The notes below the pieces were generated by a model, which was not told the origin of the DNA, did not search any database, and was given only the letters and a program-made list of their open reading frames with translations. The position numbers were made by a program, and so were the translations under genes. From assembly GCA_002269645.1 (NCBI GenBank), contig NIVC01000659.1, positions 62,001 to 126,000 on the forward strand: DNA of 64,000 nucleotides, read 5' to 3'. Positions 11,742 through 23,500 of this stretch are shown piece by piece (within the stretch, counting starts at the first letter, position 1; every line of letters begins with the position of its first letter). Source of the stretch: Macrostomum lignano. Taxonomy: Eukaryota.

Positions 11742-12667
11742 TAATTTGCTGGTACAGTGTATTTAAGAGACTCACACAAGAAGTCTAAAGAAGCAGTAGT
11801 TTTCTACTAACTAAGTACCTCTTGCCACTCCGAAATAGCAGTTTTTATACGTTATAAAAAGCTGCCATTGTAACAGACAATTGGGGTGGGTTTTTGTACC
11901 GGTGTGTGAGCTTCAGGTGCGTGTAACGTATAAATGTCACAATAGCCAGAATGCTTCTACAGTATAACTAAGGCATCTATCGCATACAATATAATTAAAT
12001 ACAATTATTAAAGAGCGAGTTGAGAGATGAGGCTTAAAAGCTCAAAAAACTGTTGCTGCGTTTTCAGTGCGTCAGACAGACTAATAGGAATTTGTGGTGA
12101 CAACATAGCTGCTCTCTGCCAGCAGTGTGCAGTGGTCTGAAGAAGCTGTATGTCTGCCTGCCCAGAAGCCGCGCGCCCTAGCTAGCTATACTGTAAAAAT
12201 GAGAGTATAAAAATTGTCTACGAGTGTCTGCTGTCAAATTGACAAATTTAGCCGCTGACAATTAGCTAGCCGCCATGCAGACAGTCAGTGTTGTATTAAA
12301 TAAGCCTGCAATAATGTGTAACCGTGGATGCCTTGCCTGAATATTTCTTTAAATTTCAGATCGCTTTAAATTTTATTCTAGGGTTAATATAATAACAAAA
12401 AAAAGATTGAGCTGCCGGGTTTACAAAGAGGTCACGGCCCAGCGTATTTCAGTCTGTTCAGCTTCATGCACATAGTACAACATGCGCATATGGTGTATAC
12501 AGTGCATGCTCATATGTACATGTAAATGTGAATTTGCATAATATACATATATATACACATGTATTATAATATATGATCTGATCTGCGCCTTCCCTTCTCG
12601 GTTATCCGCGAGCACTTGTGCGCTAGGACTCTTGAGTCCTCTGCGTCGCTATACTCTGTACTACTAC

Positions 12668-13040
12668 CAGGGGCGTCGCCATGGATTTTATGGTGGGGGG
12701 ACAAAGTCAACAGTTACACATGTACCTGTACATGTACATGACTAAATTTCCTACATTTCATTATTTTCAGAATAAGTTTTCAGCACTCAATTTAGCGCCG
12801 CGTGAACTCATTTTGGCGCCGCAGACACTTATTTTAGCGCCGTAGGCCCTCATTTTAGCGCCGCAGGCACTCATTTAAGCTCCGCAGGCACTCATTTTGG
12901 CGCCGCAGGCACTCATTTCAGCGCCGCAGGCGCTATGTTTTGTCGCCTTGCAGCAAAAAATTATTGATTTCCATAACGGGTCACAAAAAGTGGTGTGGGG
13001 ACATGTCCCCCCTGCCCCCCCCCCGTTGGCGACGCCCCTG
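12668..13040. mobile_element. hAT-type MITE with internal 21-bp repeats
   Basis: Perfect 14-bp TIRs CAGGGGCGTCGCCA / TGGCGACGCCCCTG. Exact 8-bp TSD ACTACTAC (12660-12667, 13041-13048). Confidence 0.9.
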
Positions 13041-14514
13041 ACTACTACACTGTACAGTGTATATATGTACGCAGTACACAATACAAAAAGGCCTGATCTG
13101 CGACTAGGCGGAACTGACTTTCATTTAGAGCTTTAATGTTAGTTACGTTAGAGCTCTAACCAGTTTTGACTTTATCTGTTCGCAAATCCAAAATCTAGAC
13201 CTACGAGACAAGTCATCCTTGCAAGGCAAGCCACGAAGTATAATTGTTGCAGTTTAAATGGTGATGGAATCAATAAATAGAATGTGTTGAATTAATGACG
13301 ACATATTTTTTATCAACTAAAATTGCTATTAAATATGCTGTGTTAGAATAAAAATATTTAATTTAATTTTTATTTCCAGTACCTCACTAGTCGGCAGTTT
13401 TTTAAACACAAATAAAATTTGTTTAACTTTGATAACGCGATAAAATTTGTTACTGTTAAAAGTTTAAGTTAAGCTAAGTTTTATTTTTTACCGTGGAAGA
13501 AAATAACTTCAGTGTTATGTGTCATCGCTATGTCTATGCCAGCTATAAGCTCAACACAGCCAATAAATTTAATACACTCGTCACACATTTTAAAGCATCT
13601 ACCTTGAGAGCTCTTCCGTTTTGTATTTACAAATACTATAGTATATGTGGACTACATAAAACGCATGTCTTGATGTCTTTATCCGTCCTGACCGTCCATA
13701 TCCATTATATTACCATAACCCATCAGTATTTTTTCCTTTTTCTTTCGTAATTTTGGTATGACTGGTAGGATTGTTTTTTTAGATTTTAGCATTATTGAAT
13801 ATTGATGCTTTTTTATTTTTTAAATAATATTTTAGCAAAAATGAAAGAAAATCTATATTTAATATTTCTTTCACAGTCAAAAAAATTAAATCTAATTCTA
13901 ACGATGCAGTGAAAGTACTCGTAATTCTGCAGTTTAGTTAATATTCTAAAAAAGAAAGACTTTAAAAAGTTTTGTTGCTTTATTAGTAGACTAGTTAGAA
14001 ATATTCGATTTGTCAATTTATATTACTTGCATGATGAAATTTATATTATTAAACTGTGCTGCTAAGTATGCACCAGAATTAAAAGCAAAATCATAGTTTT
14101 ATGCCAATTTATACAAAACTTTCCAATTTTGTTATACTTGAGAGTTGTGGCATGGTACCAATAGGAAACCATGCCAATTAAATTATTTTTACTTAAAAAA
14201 ATCTTTTCCACATAAAGCCTTTGCCTTTGTCAAAATTGTTATCAATAGAAAAAAATACAAGTTTTGATGTAAAACTGCAGTAATGCCTTCTTGGTCAAAA
14301 CTAAAAAAATTTCAAGTCAATCAAAGCATTAATTTTTTTCTGCTACAGAACCAATTTAGTGCACAGAAAAAACTTGTTCTGCCTACTGATACTGATAGTA
14401 CTAAAGGTAACTATTATCACCAAAAGTAGTAACACTAGACATTGCTAAAGAAAATAAAATATAATATGACTTAAAAATTGTCAATAAAATGTTTATTTCA
14501 GCTGCAGGCCAGCC

Positions 14515-17500
14515 ATGGCAATCAGCTCTGTTGCCGGCAGCCTGCAGCAGGCCATAGCAACCACAGCGGTTGACCTGGGTGGATCGAAGAGCTCTCTGGC
14601 GCAAACTCTGCGCTCTGGGAAAGAGCAGGTTTGTTTCTTCTAGACTTAACAGTGGCTGGCCTAAAGCACTAGCAATTTTGTATATAATTTCCACTCTTCC
14701 CTCCCTGATCGAGTCCCTGATCGCAGTCTCTTTTCTTTCCTCTCTCCCCACTTTTTTCTTCTTTCCTCTCCCCCTTTCTCTCTTCTCTCCTCTCTAAACT
14801 CCCTCTTTTCTCTTCTCTCTTTTCTTCTCTTCTCTCTTCTCTTCTCTTCTCTCTTCTCTCCCCTTTTCTCTCTCCCCTCTTCTCTCCCCTCTCCTTTCTG
14901 CCCATTCTCCTTTCTCTCCTCTCTTCTCTTCTCTCTTTCTCTCCCATCTTCTCTCTCCCCCATATTCTCTTTCCTCTCCTCTCTCCTCTAATTCTCTTTT
15001 CTCTTTCTTCTCACCTCTCTTCTCCCTTCTCTCCTCTTCCCTCTTCTCTCTCCTCTCCACTCTCCGTTCTCATCTCTTATCTCCTTTCATCTCTCATCTT
15101 ATCTATCCTCTCATCTCTTTCTTTTCTTTTTTCTTTCTTTCTCATCTTCTCTCTCGCCTCTCGCTTCTCCTCTCTTCTCTTATCTCTCATCTCCTCTTTC
15201 CTCCTCTCACTCCTCCATTCTCTCTCTTTTTCTCTCATCTGGCCCGCAGCAACGAGCTGGATTATTTATCTGGCCCATGAGGTCAAGAAGCTTGCCTACC
15301 CCAGGCTTAAAACCAGCCTCCAAATACTTTTTTCCAAGAAACCTCGTCCTTCGACTTAGCCGTAGATTTGCTCCTATCTTTCTCATACTGAAGGACCCGG
15401 CTTTCCTGACCGAATTAGCCGAGCTGGCGCGCCGTGACTTCTCCAGGCGCGACTGTCGCTCAGGCCTGATTCGCCTCATCCAGTTGAGAACACTCGACTG
15501 TTCTGGCGTAAGCGCTGGTCTCAGCTGGTCCGGAGTTCGAATCCTGGAGTCGATGAGTTCGAATAGATTCGCATTGAAGCGCCTGGCTTATCTGGCGGCC
15601 TCTTTGATCTTTGATAACGACAGCGCCGCCGAATTGCTTATCCTAGCAACTAATCTGCTGCGCAAGGACCTCTGCTCTGCCTGTCCCGTGGAGACCAGCT
15701 CGACCCTGTGCTCACTGGCCTCGTTTATGACTGCCGACTTGGCTAAGTGAGTCCTTGGACTTTTTTGGAGGACTCATCGCTGGGTTTTCGGGGTTTTGTG
15801 AATTGTTGAATATGTTAGATTTTAGTTTTACTCATTAAATACGTATCCGAACCACAGAAACAAGAATAACTAGATGGGCCACTTACACGGCACTTAGCAC
15901 ATTTGCGTGTAAGCTACTTTCAGTTCAGTAGTAAGTTTAACTGAAGCATTTTAATGTTTTATTAAAGCCAAGGCTACTTTATTGGCTCTTACCCCCCCCC
16001 CCAGCTTAAACCCTCCAACCGCGCCTTACCACACTAAACCCCCCACCCCACCCCAATTTATTGCCTTTCTCGGAATTCCAGCCTAAAGCTGCCATGTACA
16101 TTTCAGTGGACTGGCAAATGTACATTATGGCTGAACCAATTAGCAAGTTGTTTACGCCTGCAAGCTTGGGCTTCTAAACTTATCAAAGTCATTTCAGCTG
16201 CCTTTATTTTTATAAAATAGCTTACGTATTCTTCTTTGCTACTGAACTGAAAGTAGAAAGCTGTTTTGCTAAGTATGCCTGAGTGGCCCATCTAGCTATT
16301 TTGGTATCTGTGGTTTGACTTATCAGATTTGTGTCAGATCTTAGTTTTAATAATCAAATTTGTGTCAGATGTTTTTCAGCAGTCTTGAGCTGTATGGACC
16401 TCTAAAAACATCCGCAGAGACCTCTGCAACGATCTGCTCTCTCTTGCTGCCAGTTCGCCCTACGCCTGCGTCAGAGCTCGCTGCACTCTGCTGCTGCCCC
16501 GCCTGCTGGCCCGCTTCCCTGAAGCGGCCGGCCTAGCGTTTGCCAGCCTTCGCGACCGTCTCGCCGATGCTCACGCCGCAGTTCGCGGCGCCGCCGTCTG
16601 CGCCGCTTGCGAATTGGCCGGCAGCGCCGGCGCCAATCCCGGCGCCTGTTTGCCGTTGGCGCCGGCGCTGTTCCGCCTGCTCTGCTCCGGCGAGTGCTGC
16701 TTCGGCTTGGCAACGGCCTGGCACGCTGCCAAACTGTTGAGGCTGTTCGCTTTGCTGACTCCGCTGGAGCCGCGGCTTGGCAGGAAGCTGATCGACCCGA
16801 TTGTGGCCCAGCTGCAGGTTTGTGACTGCGCCATTTGGGAATACTTCTTAGGGAGTCACTCTTCACCGCTTCCCGGAGACTTCAGAAACTAACCAGAGAG
16901 CTTGGACATTCTTTATGGAGCTTGAGCACCACAAATCCAGATCCCTGAGACACTTATGGGAGAGCTGAGACACTTATGGGAGAGCTGAGACACTTATGGG
17001 AGAGCTGAGACACTTATGGGAGAGCTGAGACACTTATCGAAGAGACAGCTGAGACACTTATCGAAGAGCTGAGACACTTATCGGAGAGCTGAGACACTTA
17101 TTGGAGATCTGAGACTCTTATCATTATCATAGAGCTGAGACACTTATTGGAGATCTGAGACTCTTATCATTATCATAGAGCTGAGACACTTATCAGAGAG
17201 ACAGCTGAGACACTTATCGGAGAGCTGAGACACTTATCTGAGAGACAGCTGAGGCACTTATCTTAGAGCTGAGACACTTATCGTAGAGCTGAGACACTTA
17301 TCGTAGAGCTGAGACACTTATCGTAGTGCTGAGACACTTATCAGAGAGACAGCTGAGACACTTATCGGAGAGCTGAGACACTTATCAGAGAGACAGCTGA
17401 GACACTTATCGGAGAGCTGAGACACTTATCAGAGAGATAGCTGAGACACTTATCGGAGAGCTGAGACACTTATCGTAAAGCTGAGACACTTATCGGAGAG

Positions 17501-20500
17501 CTGAGACACTTATCGGAGAGCTGAGACACTTATCGGAGAGCTGTGACACTTATCGGAGAGACAGCTGAGACACTTATCGAAGAGCTGAGACACTTATCGG
17601 AGAGACAGCTGAGACACATCGGAGAGACAGCTGAGACACTTATCAGAGAGCTGAGACACTTATCGGAGAGCTGAGACACTTATTGGAGAGACAGCTGAGA
17701 CACTTATCGGAGAGCTGAGACACTTATTGGAGAGACAGCTGAGACACTTATCGGAGAGCTGAGACACTTATTGGAGAGACAGCTGAGACACTTATCGGAG
17801 AGCTGAGACACTTATTGGAGAGACAGCTGAGACACTTATCGGAGAGCTGAGACACTTATCGGAGAGCTGAGACACTTATCGGAGAGCTGAGACACTTATC
17901 GTAGAGCTGAGACACTTATCGTAGAGCTGAGACACTTATCGTAGAGCTGAGACACTTATCGGAGAGACAGCTGAGACACTTATCGAAGAGCTGAGACACT
18001 TATTGGAGAGACAGCTGAGACACTTATCGTAGAGCTGAGACACTTATCGTAGAGCTGAGACACTTATCGTAGAGCTGAGACACTTATCGGAGAGACAGCT
18101 GAGACACTTATCGAAGAGCTGAGACACTTATTGGAGAGACAGCTGAGACACTTATCGGAGAGCTGAGACACTTATCAGAGGGACAGCTGAGACACTTATC
18201 GGAGAGCTGAGACACTTATCGGAGAGCTGAGACACTTATCGGAGAGCTGAGACACTTATTGGAGAGACAGCTGAGACACTTATCGGAGAGCTGAGACACT
18301 TATTGGAGAGACAGCTGAGACACTTATCGGAGAGCTGAGACACTTATTGGAGAGACAGCTGAGACACTTATCGGAGAGCTGAGACACTTATCGGAGAGCT
18401 GAGACACTTATCGGAGAGCTGAGACACTTATCGGAGAGCTGAGACACTTATCGGAGAGCTGAGACACTTATCGGAGAGCTGAGACACTTATCAGAGAGAC
18501 AGCTGAGACACTTATCGGAGAGCTGAGACACTTATTGGAGAGACAGCTGAGACACTTATCGGAGAGCTGAGACACTTATTGGAGAGACAGCTGAGACACT
18601 TATCGGAGAGCTGAGACACTTATCGGAGAGCTGAGACACTTATCGGAGAGCTGAGACACTTATCGGAGAGCTGAGACACTTATCGGAGAGCTGAGACACT
18701 TATCAGAGAGACAGCTGAGACACTTATCGGAAAGACAGCTGAAACACTTACTAAGCTCTTTTCTTCTCAACTCCGCCTGGCAGGACTCCAGTTCGATTCC
18801 CCTGTTGTACGAGTGCGTCAACACCTTGGTAACAGCCCTGCAGACTGCTCAGGATCGCGTGCCAGCCTCGTCACGTTCAACAGCTATTCACATGTGCTCA
18901 TCTCGACTGCACTCCCTGCTTGAGCATTACGATCGAAATATTCGCTGTTTGGGCCTCATGTCTATGGCCAGACTCACCGCCCTGGACCCTAAATCGGTGA
19001 GCCTTTAAGATGACCTCAATTTTAACTGAAACTTGATTCGAATGCCCAGATCCCCACCCAGATCCCCACTCAGATCCCCACCCACATCCCCACTGAGGTA
19101 CCCACCCAGATCCCCATTGGTGTCCCCACCCAGATCCCCACTGAGATCCCCTCCCAGATCCCTACCCAGATCCCCATTGGTGTCCCCACCCAGATCCCCA
19201 CTGAGATCCCCTCCCAGATCCCTACCCAGATCCCCATTGGTGTCCCCACCCAGATCCCCACTGAGATCCCCACCCAGATCCACATTGAGGTCCCCACCCA
19301 GATCCCCACCCAGATCCCCGAGGTCCCCACCCAGATCCCCACCCCGATTTCCATCCAGATCCCCACCCAGATCCCCACCCAGATCCCCACTGGGGTCCCC
19401 ACCCAGATCCCCACCCAGATTCCCACCCAGATCCCCACCCAGATCCCCACCCAGATCCCCACCCAGATTCCCACCCAGATCCCCATTCAGTTCCCCACCC
19501 AGATCCCCACCCAGATCCCCACCCAGATCCCCACCCAGATCCCCACCCAGATCCCCACCCAGATCCCCACCCAGATCCCCACCCAGATCCCCACCCAGAT
19601 TCCCACCCAGATCCCCATTCAGGTCCCCACCCAGATCCCCACCAGATCCCCACCCAGATCCCCACCCAGATTCCCACCCAGATCCCCATTCAGGTCCCCA
19701 CCCAGATCCCCACCCAGATCCCCACCCAGATCCCCACCCAGATTCCCATCCAGATCCCAGCCACTGCAGCGAGTCCCGAACTCGGCACCCCGCAGGCGCA
19801 GTCCCAGCGCGAGTTGGTGGCCTCGGCCTGCCTGACTGACTCCGACGCCTCGGTGTCGTGCCGCGCCGCCGACCTGCTGTGCCGCCTGGCCTGCCGCGAC
19901 AGCCTGACCGACACGGTGCGCCTCCTTCGCGGCCACCTCGCCGACAGCCTCGGCTTGCACCGTCGAGCCCGCCTGCTGGAGCAGCTGCTCACTTGCTGCT
20001 CAGCCGCCAATTACAGCCTAGTCAGGCCGAATTTCGACTGGTACATTGTGGAGCTGTTCAACTTGTCCGTTGTGGTTGCTAATGACGCTCTGGTTAGCAA
20101 CGAGTGTCCGCTAGGACGCCAGCTAGTGGAAGTCAGCCGTTGCCTAGCAACAGTAGTGTCGCGTCGGAGAGCTCGGCAGCTCTGCCTGAACGTCCTGATC
20201 GGCGCTGCCGACTGCCGCCCGTCGCCCGTCCGCCTGCTGCCAGCGGCCGCCTGGCTGTACGCCGAATTTGCCGACGATGTCGAGGACGACGATCTGGCAG
20301 ACTCGGTCGCCGCTGAGGCGATGCTCCGCCTGCCGAGGTGTCCGATTGTTGTCGGCCGGCTGGCGGACTGGCAGCAGGCGGCTCTGCTGCACAGCGGCGT
20401 CAAGCTGACGGTGAAACGGGCGCTGCGGCGAGGACGGAACAGCAGCGGCAGGTGCGACCTGGCATGTGGCTGAGTGGCTGCTGATGCTCTATAGAAAGGA

Positions 20501-23500
20501 GAAGAGAAGGGGAGAAGAGAGGAGAAGGCAGAAGCGAAGGGAGAAGAGAAAAAGAGAAAAGAAGAGAAGGGAAAAGAAAGGGTAGAAGAGAGGGGATAAA
20601 AGAAGAGAGAAGAGAAGAGGAGAAGAGAAGGGGAGAAGTGAAAGGGGGAAGAGAAGGGGAGAAGAGAAGAAGGGAGAAGAGAAGAGGAGAAGAGAAGAGG
20701 AGAAGAGAAGGGGGAAGAGAAGGGGGAAGAGAAGGGGAAAGAGAAGGGGAGAAGAGAAGAGGAGAAGAGAAGAGAGAAGAGAAAGGGAGAAGAGAAGAGG
20801 AGAAGAGAAGGGGAGAAGCGAAAGGGGGAAGAGAAGGGGAGAAGAGAAGAAGGGAGAAGAGAAGAGGAGAAGAGAAGGGGAGAAGAAAGGGGAAGATGCA
20901 GAGAGAGGGAGGAGTAACTGAGAGAGGTAACTACCTCACTATTACTAATGGTGAAGTAGAATCTACTCAATTCATTGACTCAAAAGGCCTGCACCGGCCG
21001 ATCTGCTATCCGAGTGCGTGGAACGACTCGAGTCGCTGGTCCGGTCCCCGCTGCTGGAGGTTCAGGAGCGCGCGGTCAGCTGCCACAGCCTGCTGCGGGC
21101 GGCGGCGGCTGCTGCGCCAGCCTGCGGAGTGGACTGGCTGGCCGACCTGTTCGAGCGGGACCGCCAACTGGAGCCGGTGGGGCCGGCAGCCCAGCGGCAG
21201 GTGCACCCGCCAGACGGTCTGGACCTCGACGCTTGGATCAACGCTCCGTTGGCTGCGGCGGACTCTCAGAGGAAGAAGAAAAAGAAGACGAAACAAAAGC
21301 AGCAGGCAGCGGCGAATCCGGTGCCCGCGCCGGAGCTACGGGACTCGGCCGATGTGAGTCCTCCGTCTCTCTCCTCTCATGTCTTCTCAATCATCTCTTC
21401 TCTACCTCTCCTCTTCTCTCCCTCTCATCTCTTCTCTCCCTCTCATCTCTTCTCTCCTCTCATCTCTTTTCTCCCTCTCCTCTTCTCTCCCTCTCATCTC
21501 ATCTCTCCCTCTCCTCTTCTCTCCCTCTCATCTCTTCTCTACCTCTCCTCTTCTCTCCCTCTCATCTCTTCTCTCTCATCTCATCTCTTCTCTCCCCCCT
21601 CATCTCTTCTCTCTCATCTCATCTCTCCCTCTCCTCTTCTCTCCTCTCATCTCTTCTCTCTCATCTCATCTCTTCTCTCCCCCCTCATCTCTTCTCTCTC
21701 ATCTCATCTCTCCCTCTCCTCTTCTCTCCCTCTCATCTCTTCTCTCCTCTCATCTCTTCTCTCTCATCTCATCTCTTCTCTCCCCCCTCATCTCTTCTCT
21801 CTCATCTCATCTCTCCCTCTCCTCTTCTCTCCTCTCATCTCTTCTCTCTCATCTCATCTCTTCTCTCCCCCCTCATCTCTTCTCTCTCATCTCATCTCTC
21901 CCTCTCCTCTTCTCTCCCTCTCATCTCTTCTCTCCTCTCATCTCTTCTCTCTCATCTCATCTCTTCTCTCCCCCCTCATCTCTTCTCTCTCATCTCATCT
22001 CTCCCTCTCCTCTTCTCTCCTCTCATCTCTTCTCTCCCCCCTCATCTCTTCTCTCTCATCTCATCTCTCCCTCTCCTCTTCTCTCCCTCTCCTCTTCTCT
22101 CCTCTCATATCTTCTCTCTCTCATCTCATCTCTTCTCTCCCCCTCATCTCTTCTCTCTCATCTCATCTCTCCCTCTCCTCTTCTCTCCCTCTCATCTCTT
22201 CTCTCCTCTCATCTCTTCTCTCTCATCTCATCTCTTCTCTCCCCCCTCATCTCTTCTCTCTCATCTCATCTCTCCCTCTCCTCTTCTCTCCCTCTCATCT
22301 CTTCTCTACCTCTCCTCTTCTCTCCCTCTCATCTCTTCTCTCCTCTCATCTTCTCTCCCTCTTCTCTCCCTCTCCTCTTCTCTCCTCTCATCTCTTCTCT
22401 CTCATCTCATCACTTCTCTCCCCCCTCATCTCTTCTTTCCTCTCCTCTTCTCTCCCTCTCATCTCTTCTCTCCTCTCATCTTCTCTCCCTCTCCTCTTCT
22501 CTACCCCTCATCTCTTCTCTCCCTTTCCTCTTCTCTACCTCTCCTCTTCTCCCTCTTATCTCTTCTCTCTCATCTCTTCTCTCCCCTCTCATCTCTTTTG
22601 TCCCTCTCATCTCTTCTCTCCCTTTTCATCTCTTGTCTCTCCCAGCTTAGCTGCATAGTTCGAATTCCCAACATAATTCAGCGTTCTTGTTAGTTGAGTA
22701 TCATGGCTGCCTTGCATGCAGTTTCTCGAGTAAACTGTGTGCTATTTTCACTCGCTGCTCTTACCGGCAATTATTAATTTATGCGGACATTAAATACTAT
22801 CCTCGGAAACTGGACTCTGTGATAGATATTTATATTCTATCAGCCCAAAGGAAGTTCAACTCGAAAGCAGAAATGTCTCAAACTCAGGCTGTCTCTCTGT
22901 GGCTCGAGTGTATTCTGCCGAAGACCATAAAGCGTGCAATATCGCGTGACAAACGCTGCAATTTCCTGAGGACTATTTTTTAGTCTGAAGCACTGCTCTT
23001 TTGATCCTGGATTGGCTGCGTCTGTCTGATATCACAGAGGCAAAATATCTTTACTGTATTCTCCTGGTGGCTCCGGCAGCAGAGACATGGAAGGAAAGGA
23101 GCAGCTGGGGTGACTCACACAGATTGGGTGACAGCTGGGGTGACTCACACAGATTGGGTGACAGCTTGGGTGACTCACACTGATGGGGTGACAGCTGGGG
23201 TGACTCACACAGATGGGGTGACAGCTTGGGTGACTCACACAGATGGGGTGACAGCTTGGGTGACTCACACAGATGGGGTGACAGCTGGGGTGACTCACAC
23301 AGATTGGGTGACAGCTGGGGTGACTCACACAGATGGGGTGATAGCTGGGGTGACTCACACAGATGGGGTGACAGCTGGGGTGACTCACACAGATTGGGTG
23401 ACAGCTGGGTTGACTCACACAGATGGTGTGACAGCTGGGGTGACTCACACAGATGGGGTGACAGCTGGGGTGACTCGCACAGATTGGGTGACAGCTGGGG

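Noticed and set aside
16945-18750. Possible CRISPR-like arrays (also 36987-37288 and 27550-28390)
   Set aside because: The units are head-to-tail with no unique spacers, there are no cas genes, and the context is eukaryotic.
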